A stretch of DNA of 64,000 nucleotides. Source: an uncultured Planctomycetaceae bacterium (GTDB taxonomy: Bacteria > Planctomycetota > Planctomycetia > Gemmatales > Gemmataceae). Below are positions 1 through 9,206 of the stretch, one piece after another. The notes beneath the pieces were generated by a model that ran no database searches, was not told the DNA's origin, and was given only the letters and a program-made list of their open reading frames with translations. The first letter of the stretch is position 1; every line of letters starts with the position of its first letter. A program made the translations under genes and the position numbers. Where the stretch lies: NCBI GenBank assembly GCA_963813925.1, contig CAWFBG010000025.1, forward strand, positions 2,275-66,274, read 5' to 3'.

Positions 1-66
1 GGCGTGGTTTCTCTTCCTCCCCTTTCCCCGATACTCCGGGGGAGAGGGGAGAAGTGGTCACGGCAG

Positions 67-133
67 CGCCCGCGTTCTGGTGAACGCGGCCACGGGGGGA
101 CACACCGTAGCCGCGTTCGCCAGAACGCGGGCG
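67..133. repeat. 24-bp-stem hairpin element flanked by 15-bp direct repeats, just downstream of feoA
   Basis: Arms are CGCCCGCGTTCTGGTGAACGCGGC (67-90) and GCCGCGTTCGCCAGAACGCGGGCG (110-133), with one mismatch. GTGGTCACGGCAGCG occurs at 54-68 and again at 138-152. The second copy contains the feoA stop codon. Confidence 0.8.
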
Positions 134-141
134 GCTTGTGG

Positions 142-378
142 TCACGGCAGCGGTTCGACGTGGACGCGGGCCGCCTCGACGCGGCGAAGGCTCAGGCGGT
201 AGTCGCCCAAACGGACCTCCATCGGATCGCCCATCGGGGCGAAGCCGACCACCTCGACTTCCTCGCCTTCCAGCAGGCCCATTTCCATCAGGCGCTGGAC
301 GAGACCGTCGTCGCCGTCGATCCGGGTAATGCGGCCGCGACGGCCCCGTTGCAACTGGTCCAGGGAAGGCGTCGCCAC
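142..378 (-). CDS. feoA: FeoA-family small protein (SH3-like, ferrous iron transport A-like)
   Basis: 78-aa ORF. The string 'ITRIDGDDGLVQRLMEMGLLEGEEVEVVGFAPMGDPMEVRLGDYRLSLRR' fits the FeoA pattern. Confidence 0.8.
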   Translation of the reverse strand: MATPSLDQLQRGRRGRITRIDGDDGLVQRLMEMGLLEGEEVEVVGFAPMGDPMEVRLGDYRLSLRRVEAARVHVEPLP

Positions 379-403
379 GTCAGGCCCTCGTAGTCGCGGA
401 CGC

Positions 404-649
404 TCAGCAGACGCCGGACGCCACGGGCCGAACCAGGATCCGCATCAGACAATCGCCGCGGAGACAGAGCCGGCAGCCGCCGACCTGAAGCAGGCAGGGA
501 CTGCCGGGTTGCAGCACCCGCAGCCGGCTGCCGGCGCGAACGCCCAGCTCCGCCATGCGGCCGACCCAGCCGGGTTCGCCCGACACGTCCTCCACGTCGG
601 CCCACTCGCCGGCCCGCAGGCATTCCAACGGCAGCAGGTCGGCGTTCAC
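404..649 (-). CDS. feoA: FeoA-family small protein (second tandem copy)
   Basis: 81-aa ORF. The string 'LRAGEWADVEDVSGEPGWVGRMAELGVRAGSRLRVLQPGSPCLLQVGGCRLCLR' fits the FeoA pattern. It lies 25 nt upstream of the other copy. Confidence 0.75.
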   Translation of the reverse strand: MNADLLPLECLRAGEWADVEDVSGEPGWVGRMAELGVRAGSRLRVLQPGSPCLLQVGGCRLCLRGDCLMRILVRPVASGVC

Positions 650-790
650 GGGGGCCTCGGGGTGGGGGTTGCCGGCGGCTTATTGAGATTGAATCTCAGT
701 CTGCATATAGTGTAACGGGGCAAGGGCCGATGTCAAGCACTTTCGGCCGATAATCGGCAAGGAACGAATCGAAACGCGGCGAGGCCGACC

Positions 791-1189
791 TCACGCCCGT
801 CCGGAACACGCCAAAACGTCCGCCAACGCCTGCAACAGTTGCGCGGTTTGGATTGGCTTGGCGAGATAGCCGTCCATCCCGGCGTCGAGACAGCGTTCGC
901 GGTCGCCGGTGAGGGCGTGGGCGGTGAGGGCGAGGATGGGGACGTGACGATCCGACCCTTCTTCGTTGGCGCGGATGGCGGCGGTCGCTTCCAGGCCGTC
1001 CATTTCCGGCATCTGGACGTCCATGAGAACGGCGTCGAAATCCTGATCCGTCAGCGCGTCCAAAGCCTCCCTGCCGTTGTTCATGGTGACGACGAAATGG
1101 CCGTTCTTTTCCAGCATCCGTGAGGCCACTTTCTGATTGATCAGATTGTCTTCGACCAGCAGGATTCGCAGGGGAGGCAGAGGCGTCAT
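791..1189 (-). CDS. Single-domain response regulator (CheY-like receiver)
   Basis: 'LRILLVEDNLINQKV...DAVLMDVQMPEMDGLEAT...LALTAHAL...CLDAGMDGYLAKP' is a classic receiver domain. I use the ATG at 1189 (MTPLPPL) rather than the ORF-track start at 1336. Confidence 0.85.
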   Translation of the reverse strand: MTPLPPLRILLVEDNLINQKVASRMLEKNGHFVVTMNNGREALDALTDQDFDAVLMDVQMPEMDGLEATAAIRANEEGSDRHVPILALTAHALTGDRERCLDAGMDGYLAKPIQTAQLLQALADVLACSGRA

Positions 1190-1617
1190 TTGGCGCCCTC
1201 GTCGGGTTTCGGTCGGCGGCGGCCAGGCGGGCCGCCGGGAAGTCGCACGGTGGGTAGGCGATCCGTCCTCGCGTGCGGCGGCGGGGACGGCGGTAGGGGG
1301 CGAACCCGGCGGCGGCGCCAAAAAGACGCACCGCAACCCATTCCACTATACCACAGCCGTCGCCGGACGCCATCCCTTTCCGCGAATACCTCATGAACCC
1401 CCCGGATAGCCGGGTCGCGCCATCGGACTCCGGACGCCAAGACGCCAACCGCTCTCCGCGCCTCGAAAACCAATTGACTGCCCCCCCGGAAACGCTACCA
1501 TCGCCTTGAGGCTCGCATCTCGAGGATTCCCAAATCGGGAACGCGATTTGCAAACCCACCGGAGCACGGCGCCCTACCGCGGCCAGGCGGAGACGTTAGG
1601 AAGGACGGACAACGCCA

Positions 1618-3735
1618 ATGGATTCGACACCGACCCAACACCCCCTTCGCCAGCTCGCCGAGTCCTACGGCGTGGAGCAGGGATACCACGACGACCGCAA
1701 CCAGTGGCACGATTCGGACCCCGAGAGCCTGTTGGCCGTGCTGCGGGTGCTCGGCGCCCCGGTCGGCCGGATGGAGGACGTGGAAGGGGCGTTGCGCGAA
1801 CGGCGGCAGTCGCTCTGGCGGCGTCCCCTGGAATCGGTGCTGGTCGCCTGGGACGGGGCCGCCCCGGAACCGTTGCTGCGTCTTCCTGCCCGCGATTCGT
1901 CGGCCGCGCTCGGCTGCCGTCTGGAATTCGAGTCCGGCGAGACGCGCTTCTGGCCCGCCAACGCCGGCGAACTCGCCGTGGCGGAGCGAGGCGAAATCGA
2001 GGGCGTTGCCTATGAGGCCCGCAAGCTGCGCCTGCCGTCGCCGCTGCCGATCGGCTGGCACAAGTTGACGGTCCAGTGGAACGGCGGCGGCTGCGAATGC
2101 ACCGTGATGTCGGCGCCTACGCGCGCCTACGGTCCCGAAAAGTCGATGCACACCTGGGGCGCCCTGTTGCCGCTCTACGCCGTCCGCACGGCGCGCGACT
2201 GGGGAGTCGGAGACTTTACGGACCTCGGAAACCTGATCGAATGGACGCAGGGCCGCGGCGGCGGCATCGTCGGCACGCTGCCGATGCTGGCGTCGTTCCT
2301 CGATGAGCCGCTGGAGCCTAGCCCGTATTCGCCGGCCAGTCGGCTCTTCTGGAACGAACTCTACATCGACCCGCGGCAGGCGGCGGAATATTCCGACGCG
2401 GCCGTCCGGGCCGTGGTCGAGGCGCCGGAATTCGCCGACGAGCGGGACGCGCTGCGGGCCGCCCGGATCGTGGACTACAAGCGCACGGCCGCCCTCAAGC
2501 GGCGGGTGTTGGAGGCGATGGCCCGAGCCTTCTTCGCCAACCCGGCCGACCGGCTGGCGGCGTTCCAGCGGTTCACGGCCTCCCACCCGTGCGTCGAGGA
2601 CTATGCCCGATTCCGGGCGGTGTGCGAGAAGCGGCGCGAGTCGTGGTGGACGTGGCCGGATCGCCTCCACGAGGGCGAGATCGCCTCGGCCGACTACGAC
2701 GAGGAGGCGAAGCGCTACCACCTGTACGTCCAGTGGCTGGCGGACGACCAACTGGCGGCCCTGTCGAGACGGGCGAGCAAGCGCGGCCCCGGCCTCTACC
2801 TCGACCTTCCGCTGGGGGTCAACCCGGACGGGTACGACGTATGGCGCCACCGCGAGGCCTTCGCCGTCGAAGTGTCGGCGGGGGCGCCGCCCGATTCGTT
2901 CTTCACGCTCGGCCAGGATTGGGGCTTCCCGCCGCTGCACCCGGAGAACTTACGGGCGGGGGGATATCGCTACTTGCGGGACGTGCTAAAGCATCATTTC
3001 CAGTACGCCGGCGTCCTGCGCATCGACCACATGCTGGGCCTGCACCGCTCCTACTGGGTGCCGCGCGACCTCGGCGCCGCTAGGGGCGTCTACGTGCGCC
3101 AGCGGGCCGACGAACTTTACGCCGTCTACAGCCTCGAATCGAACCGCCACAAGTGCGCCCTGGTGGGCGAAGACCTCGGCACGGTGCCGCCGGAGGTGCG
3201 CCCGGCGATGGCCAAACACAACGTCCACCGCCTGTACATCGGCGAATTCGAGATGAAACTGAACTGGGACGACCCGTACACCTGGGTGCCGGCCGGCTCG
3301 GTGGCCAGCCTGAATACGCACGACCTGCCGACCTTCGACGCCTTCTGGCTGGAAAAGGACATCGCGGATCGTTTAGGCCAGGGTCTCATAAGCGAGGACG
3401 AGGCCCGGCGCGAGCGCGAGTACCGGCGGGGTTTGCGGACGGCGGTGCTGCACCGGCTGCGCAAGGAGGGCCGGATGGGCGGCGACGAGGACCCGCGGCT
3501 GGTGCTGCGGGCCTGCCTGACGCACATGGCGTCATACGGCGAACCGCTGTTCGTGCTGGCCAACCTGGAGGACTTCTGGCTGTCGCCGGAGCCGCAGAAT
3601 CGGCCCGGAACCACGTGGCGACAGAAGCCGAACTGGCAGACGAAGGCCGCCTATCCGCTGGAGGCGTTCGACTCCGTGCCGCACCTGCGCGACACGCTGC
3701 GGGCGCTGGACCAGGCCGTGCGCTCGCGGCGCTGA
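1618..3735 (+). CDS. malQ: 4-alpha-glucanotransferase (amylomaltase, GH77)
   Basis: 705-aa intact ORF. GH77-like motifs include 'SPYSPASRLFWNELYIDP', 'GLYLDLPLGV' and 'LRIDHMLGL...LVGEDLGTVP'. Confidence 0.9.
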   Translation: MDSTPTQHPLRQLAESYGVEQGYHDDRNQWHDSDPESLLAVLRVLGAPVGRMEDVEGALRERRQSLWRRPLESVLVAWDGAAPEPLLRLPARDSSAALGCRLEFESGETRFWPANAGELAVAERGEIEGVAYEARKLRLPSPLPIGWHKLTVQWNGGGCECTVMSAPTRAYGPEKSMHTWGALLPLYAVRTARDWGVGDFTDLGNLIEWTQGRGGGIVGTLPMLASFLDEPLEPSPYSPASRLFWNELYIDPRQAAEYSDAAVRAVVEAPEFADERDALRAARIVDYKRTAALKRRVLEAMARAFFANPADRLAAFQRFTASHPCVEDYARFRAVCEKRRESWWTWPDRLHEGEIASADYDEEAKRYHLYVQWLADDQLAALSRRASKRGPGLYLDLPLGVNPDGYDVWRHREAFAVEVSAGAPPDSFFTLGQDWGFPPLHPENLRAGGYRYLRDVLKHHFQYAGVLRIDHMLGLHRSYWVPRDLGAARGVYVRQRADELYAVYSLESNRHKCALVGEDLGTVPPEVRPAMAKHNVHRLYIGEFEMKLNWDDPYTWVPAGSVASLNTHDLPTFDAFWLEKDIADRLGQGLISEDEARREREYRRGLRTAVLHRLRKEGRMGGDEDPRLVLRACLTHMASYGEPLFVLANLEDFWLSPEPQNRPGTTWRQKPNWQTKAAYPLEAFDSVPHLRDTLRALDQAVRSRR

Positions 3736-3794
3736 CGGCGACGGAGCGCGGGCCGGGTCCATCGCGGATGGACATCGGCCCGCCCCGAGCTACT

Positions 3795-4640
3795 ATGGAT
3801 GATATGAGACCTTGCATTAGCGAAGCCGCCACTCTCCCCGGCACGTTCGCCGACGACGTGGAAGCCTTCACCGAGGGCGGCTGTCGCGCCCTCGAAGTCT
3901 GGCTGACCAAGTTGGAAACCCACCTCGAAACCCATTCCGCCGCCGACACCCGCAAGCTGCTCGAAGACCACCAGACGACCCTCGCGGCGGCTTCCTACCA
4001 GGGCGGACTTCTTCTCTCCCAGGGCGAACAACGCAAGGCCCACTACGACCATTTCAAGCGCCGCCTCGACCTTTGCCAGTCCTTCGCCATTCCCACGCTG
4101 CTTGTGGTGGCCGATTTCGTCGGTAAGGTGAACGCGACCGACCTGGAGCGGGCGGTGGTTTCGCTGAAGCAGGCGGCCCAGTGGGCGACAGCCTTCGACG
4201 TGCGGCTGGCCCTGGAGTTCCGCGGTTCGGCCACGTTCTGCTCCAGCCTCGACACGGCGCTGGCCGTCGTCGCCGCTTGCGGCGAGCCGAACGTCGGAGT
4301 CAACCTTGACGTGTTTCATTACTACACCGGCCCAAGCAAGTTCGACGACCTCTCCCTTCTGACCCGCGACAATATCGCTTTCGTGCAGGTGTGCGACGTG
4401 GCCGGCGTGCCGCGTGAGCTGGCCGCCGACGCCGACCGCATTCTTCCCGGAGAAGGCGATTTCCACCTGGGGCCGATTATTCAACGACTGCGGGCAATCG
4501 GCTACGACGGCTATGTGTCGCTGGAACTGATGAACCCCGTGCTGTGGCAAACCCCGGCCGCACAGCTGGCTCGGCTGGGGATGAACGCTTTGGAGCGTCT
4601 GCTCGGTCAAGACGCCGACATCGCTCTGGACGTGCGATGA
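3795..4640 (+). CDS. Sugar phosphate isomerase/epimerase (xylose-isomerase-like TIM barrel)
   Basis: The in-frame ATG at 3795 (MDDMRPCISEAA) follows the malQ stop. 'LALEFRG...NVGVNLDVFHYY...FVQVCD...GYDGYVSLELMNP' is typical of the AP-endonuclease-2/TIM family. Confidence 0.75.
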   Translation: MDDMRPCISEAATLPGTFADDVEAFTEGGCRALEVWLTKLETHLETHSAADTRKLLEDHQTTLAAASYQGGLLLSQGEQRKAHYDHFKRRLDLCQSFAIPTLLVVADFVGKVNATDLERAVVSLKQAAQWATAFDVRLALEFRGSATFCSSLDTALAVVAACGEPNVGVNLDVFHYYTGPSKFDDLSLLTRDNIAFVQVCDVAGVPRELAADADRILPGEGDFHLGPIIQRLRAIGYDGYVSLELMNPVLWQTPAAQLARLGMNALERLLGQDADIALDVR

Positions 4641-4752
4641 GATCGCCGTTATGAGACGTGCAAGCGCGGAGGCCGCTTGCGGTGACCCGTGTGAAGGAAC
4701 GACGAGCATGAGGCGAACCGCCGCCCGCGGTTCCTCCCTGGTTTGCGAGACG

Positions 4753-6082
4753 ATGCCTAAAGCGATGCTTGCCGACGGCCCCGCCGCCGCCCCTTGTCGG
4801 ACGCCGTCCCCCCTCGATACGCGGATCCGCGGCCTGAGCGACCGGCTGGTGGAAGCGCAGCGACCGCTCCGCATCCTCGACGCCGTGAAATGGGGCGACG
4901 AGGTCGAGCGGGCCTTCTTCGCCGCCGACGGCCGCGAACCGCCGCCCGTGACGCGCGACCTCTATGCGTCGCGTCCCCTCCCTTTCCACCCCGACCACAA
5001 GCGCGAGGAACTGGCCGATCTCGAGCGCGAGGTGCGGGCGACGCTGGGCGTGGCCCACCCCGCGGGCCGGCTGCTGGCGCGTATGCTGCGCGGAATACCG
5101 GATCGTGGTGGACCTGATCGTCCAGCGCGGCGCACCGGCCTTCGGCGATCTTTCACGTCGTCTTTACGGCGGCACGGCCGACCGCTTTCACGCCGGTTCG
5201 CCGACGCTGGCCGACCTCGGCCGGGCGATGGCCGTCATGCTCGACAACCTGGCGGCCGAGACGCTGGTGGCTCGGGAACGGCCGACGCTTGACGCCCAGC
5301 AGACGGTCAAAATCCTGACGGAGCAGCTGACGCGCTTCTTCCACGACCCGGCGGCGGTGCGCGTGCGGCTGTCCGACGGCATCGTGGCCGACGCGGCGGC
5401 CGGCTGCGACTACATCAAGGTCCGCGGCGACGCCCGGTTCACGCCGCGCGAGGTGCGACTCTTGGAGGTGCATGAGGGCTGGGTCCACCTGGGCACAACA
5501 TTGAACGGCCAGCGGCAGCCGGTGTGTACGTTCCTGGGTAAGGGTCCGCCGTCGTCCACGACGACCCAGGAGGGGCTGGCGGTGTTGACGGAGGTGCTGG
5601 CGTTCGCGTCGCACCCCGGCCGGCTGCGTCGGCTGACGCACCGCATCGAGGGCGTGGGCCTGGCGGAGGAGGGGGCGGACTTCCTGGAGGTCTACCGCTT
5701 CTTCTTGTCGGAGGGCTACGACCCGCGCGAGGGCTACCAGCACACCATGCGCATCTTTCGCGGCGGCCTGCCGCGGGGGAGCGGCCCATTCACAAAAGAC
5801 CTCTGTTATAGTCGTGGTTTCGTGCAGGTGTACAACTTCCTCCGTCTGGCGGTGACGCGCGGCCGGCTGCAACGGGTGCCGCTGTTGTTCTGCGGCAAGA
5901 CGAACCTCGGCGACCTGCGGACCCTGGCGGAGCTGGCCGACGAAGGGCTGGTGGCGCCTCCGAAGTACGTGCCGCCGCCGTTCGCGGACCTGCACGCCCT
6001 GTCCGCGTGGATGTGCTACGCCAACTTCCTGGGAGGGCTGTCGCTGGAGTGCATTGAGGAGGATTTTGCGGAGTTGTTGTAG
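4753..6082 (+). CDS. DUF1704 / QEGLA-motif protein (flavohemoglobin expression-modulating family), frame broken near 5091
   Basis: The C-terminal part contains 'TTTQEGLAVLTEV'. The N-terminal part (MPKAMLADG...HPAGRLLARMLR) sits in another frame. Removing one G from the GG at ~5091 would read RMLREYRIVVDLI. Confidence 0.75.
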
Positions 6083-6096
6083 GAAGATTGCGCCAC

Positions 6097-6780
6097 TCAG
6101 CGCTTCCGAGCCACTTGACAAAAGACTATGAGTATCCGATAAAGCTCCTTGCGGGCCTCCGGAACTTTTTCGTCCGCGAGCCAACCTTTTAGCTTCTCCA
6201 CATCATAGGCGTCGGAGGCGAATTTCAATTCCCTGTAGGTCGCGTTGTGAAACACCCGGCAGGCGTCCTGGGCGATATCCGACCGACGATGTTCGAGGTG
6301 GTCAAAGTAAAAGGCGAGCTGCTTGTACGAGCTGGCTTTCTCCAGGTTCCGAATACCGTTCAAGTACGCAATCAACTCATCATCCTTGCCGGTGCATGGG
6401 ATGCCGCGATAGACATCCACCTCGTCTTTGACGACTGCTCCAAAGAGAACCAGATAGGTTGGGGAGTCGTCCTTCGTCGGAACATACCGTTTAAGGGTGA
6501 AATGCTTCTTGTCCCCCAAGCCCGGATGGTCCTTGACGATGGTCAGAATGGCTATTTCCGTCGTTCCTCCGCCCGCGTCGGCATTGCCGTTGTAGAGTCT
6601 GCCCACTACGACAAAATCGGCGCTCGCGAGGTCGGCGGCCAGGGGCACCGGCTCTATGGACCAACCCATCGCCTGAGCAGGGGCAGGAACCCCCGTCAAC
6701 AGGACGGTGAGGCAGAAGAGCATGGCAAGTAAAGCGATTCGCATGACGACCGATAGATAAAGCGCGATCTTGGACTTCAT
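6097..6780 (-). CDS. Hypothetical secreted or membrane-anchored protein in a low-GC islet
   Basis: 227-aa ORF with an N-terminal hydrophobic signal (IALLAMLFCLTVLLTGVPAPAQA). Codon and base composition are clearly AT-richer than in the neighbouring genes. I recognise no family. Confidence 0.6.
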   Translation of the reverse strand: MKSKIALYLSVVMRIALLAMLFCLTVLLTGVPAPAQAMGWSIEPVPLAADLASADFVVVGRLYNGNADAGGGTTEIAILTIVKDHPGLGDKKHFTLKRYVPTKDDSPTYLVLFGAVVKDEVDVYRGIPCTGKDDELIAYLNGIRNLEKASSYKQLAFYFDHLEHRRSDIAQDACRVFHNATYRELKFASDAYDVEKLKGWLADEKVPEARKELYRILIVFCQVARKR

Positions 6781-7076
6781 GGCTGCCTCCCACTGGTCAG
6801 TATACCTGCCGTCTTGGCCCTTGCAAATAAGAGGCCGCGCTTCCGGAGGTCGTTGCGATGTTCATAGGCGCCTTGTTTTTCCAGTCCAAATGACGGGCGG
6901 GAATGGACCTTCCGCTAGACCCCTCGCATGAAACGCCCGGATTCGCAACCCTTTCCCATTTTATCGCGCTTTTTCGACCACTCCTGACACGAGGGGGGTT
7001 TTAGTGCGTAGTATCGTCGTCGGATGGCGAAAACTGACTGCTGCACTTTTGAAACCGGTATTTTCCCCGGAGGGAC

Positions 7077-7120
7077 GGCGGTGAATGGCCAGGGGAGGTT
7101 AACCCTGGCCATTCACCGCC
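7077..7120. repeat. Perfect 18-bp-stem hairpin in an intergenic region
   Basis: GGCGGTGAATGGCCAGGG (7077-7094), loop GAGGTTAA, CCCTGGCCATTCACCGCC (7103-7120). Confidence 0.8.
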
Positions 7121-7170
7121 CTCTCACGGGGCTGAATCCCATTCGGGCTTCTTCGGGTCGCCCAAACCGT

Positions 7171-7205
7171 CCGTTGGCGCCGCTTCGCGGCAGCGTCGCC
7201 AACGG
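7171..7205 (-). terminator. Putative terminator hairpin 3 nt after the stop of the coiled-coil gene
   Basis: CCGTTGGCG (7171-7179) pairs with CGCCAACGG (7197-7205). There is an inner CCGC-TTC-GCGG hairpin. The gene's stop codon is at 7209-7211. Confidence 0.5.
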
Positions 7206-7208
7206 CGT

Positions 7209-9092
7209 TCACGGCTTGGGCGGCGCCGGGTTCTTGTCCGGCTTGTCCGGCGGCCGCATCTTCTCGAAGAAGCCGCGCGCCATGTCGGCCGTCGCCTTGT
7301 CGGTCAGCCGTTCGCGTTCGCTGGCCGCCGCCCCTTCCTGGGCCGCCCGGCGGATGTCGTCCGTCATCTCGGCCGGCTTGCGCGGCCCCTTGAACCCCTC
7401 GCCTGGAACGTGATCGACGATCTGTAAAGGCGCTTTATCGTCCGGGTCGGAATGCACCTGGTGCTCCTCCTCGCCGGTCTTGGCGTCCGCCGACTCCGGC
7501 CTAGCGCCGGAACCCTGACCGCCCCGGTTGGGGCCGGACGGACCCTGGCCGTTGCCCTTGCCTCGCTTGCCCTGCCCGTTGCCTGCGTTCGCCTCCTGGT
7601 CGCCGTCCCGCCCTTGCTGCTTGGCCAACGCCTGCGACAGCACCTTTTTCATCTGCTGAACCTGCCGCATTTCCTGGAGCAGCTGTTGCTGTTCATCGTT
7701 GCCGTCCAGTTTGCCCAGTTCATCTCCGGCGTCCTGTAGCTGCTGCGCCGCTTCCCCGTCCTTGCCCTCCTTCATCGCTTGCTGGGCGTCGTGGAGCTTT
7801 TTCGCCAGTTGCTTCACGTTCGCTTTCAGCCGTTTCAACTGGAGCTTCTTCTTTTCCAGCCGATCCTTTTCGCGCTGCAACTGGTCCTTGTCGATCTCGC
7901 CCTTCTGGGCCTCGTCTTCCAGCTTCTTTTCTTCGTCGTCGAGCTTCTGCTCCTCGTCGTCGTCCTTCCGCGTCAACTCCTCCGCCTGGTCCTCCATGTC
8001 TTTCAGTTCCTTCTCCAGCCTTTCCACGTCGTCCTTGTTCAAACCTTCCTTTTCCTTCTTCTTCAATTCGTCCTGGAGGTCCTCTTTCTCCTTTGGCGTC
8101 AGTTTGCCGTCCTCGTCCTTGAGCTTTTTCCGCAACTCATCCGCCTCTTCGTCGGCCTTGAGCTTCTTGGCCAACTCGTCGGCCTCCTCCTTCGCCTTGG
8201 CTAAGTCGCCCTGACCGAGCGCCTTTTGCATGTCCTTGGCCGGCCCTTGCTCCTTCTTATCTCGTTCTTCTTGCTTTTGCGCCCGCTCCATCTGCCGGAG
8301 TTGTTCCTTGAGCGCCCGCGCCTGGTCGGCCTTCTCCTTTTGTGCCTTCTTGATGTCGTCCAGCAGGTCGTCGCCCTTCTTGATGGCCTCGCGCACCTCG
8401 TCCTTGCTGTCGTGCGGGTTGCTCAACATCTTGTCGATTTCGGCCTCGATCTTCTTCAACTCCGGCGACTTGGACGGGTCGTTCCAATTCTCCTGGCGCT
8501 TGGCCAGCAACTGCTGTTGCATCTTGTCGATCTCGGCCTTCATGGCGTCGTTGCTGGCGGCGGCCTGTTGTGCGGGAGTTATCGCCTGGCCGAAGTCCGG
8601 ATGATAGAAGAACGCCAGCAGGACGAGAACGGCGACGCCGGCGGGGACCAGCCAGGCGGTTCGCGGTAGGCGAATCGGAAAGCGGTCGCCGACGCGGAGC
8701 GGATCGACGCGCTGGTTGGCGTCGGCGAGCAGGGCCGCGCCCGCGGGGCTGGCCGCCTCGTCGGGCCGCAGCATCAGCGACGTGGTCACGCGCTCCTTGA
8801 GCCGAAACTCCGCGTCGAGGGCCAACGCGGCCTGCACGGCGCTGGGTCTTCGCAACACGGCCCAGGCCGCGGCGGCGGCCGTGCCGACGGCCGTGCAGCC
8901 GCCGAGGACCGTCCAGCGCAACCATTCCGGGGCGACCCGGAGCAGCAGCGGCTCCGCCAGGAACCACGCCGCCGACAGCGCCAGGGCGGCGACCCAACCC
9001 CATGCCAGCGCCCGGACCAGCGTTTGCAGGAACAGACGGCGGCGGACGCGGGTCACTTGACGCAGCAGCGGCGAGGCGGCGTTTAGGGACAT
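7209..9092 (-). CDS. Membrane-anchored, highly charged (K/E/D/Q-rich) coiled-coil protein, hypothetical
   Basis: ATG at 9092 (MSLNAASPLL). Two or three hydrophobic helices sit at the N-terminus, followed by ~350 aa of 'KKAQKEKADQARALKEQLRQMERAQKQEERDKKE...'-type sequence and a G/N/Q-rich tail. The ORF-track extension to 9779 is antisense to pyrF. Confidence 0.8.
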   Translation of the reverse strand: MSLNAASPLLRQVTRVRRRLFLQTLVRALAWGWVAALALSAAWFLAEPLLLRVAPEWLRWTVLGGCTAVGTAAAAAWAVLRRPSAVQAALALDAEFRLKERVTTSLMLRPDEAASPAGAALLADANQRVDPLRVGDRFPIRLPRTAWLVPAGVAVLVLLAFFYHPDFGQAITPAQQAAASNDAMKAEIDKMQQQLLAKRQENWNDPSKSPELKKIEAEIDKMLSNPHDSKDEVREAIKKGDDLLDDIKKAQKEKADQARALKEQLRQMERAQKQEERDKKEQGPAKDMQKALGQGDLAKAKEEADELAKKLKADEEADELRKKLKDEDGKLTPKEKEDLQDELKKKEKEGLNKDDVERLEKELKDMEDQAEELTRKDDDEEQKLDDEEKKLEDEAQKGEIDKDQLQREKDRLEKKKLQLKRLKANVKQLAKKLHDAQQAMKEGKDGEAAQQLQDAGDELGKLDGNDEQQQLLQEMRQVQQMKKVLSQALAKQQGRDGDQEANAGNGQGKRGKGNGQGPSGPNRGGQGSGARPESADAKTGEEEHQVHSDPDDKAPLQIVDHVPGEGFKGPRKPAEMTDDIRRAAQEGAAASERERLTDKATADMARGFFEKMRPPDKPDKNPAPPKP

Positions 9093-9206
9093 GAACGGTC
9101 TCCGATGGAATCGCGGCCGGCTCCGGGGCGTCCGGTTTCCCGTATTATAACCTTCCGCCCGGCGGCGGGATAACGAAATTGCTCGGGCGCAGGACGGGAC
9201 CGCATC

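Noticed and set aside
1-141. A possible start of feoB downstream of the feoA pair.
   Set aside because: The remaining 140 nt are occupied by two hairpin elements and give no GTPase-like (G1 motif) translation in any minus-strand frame.
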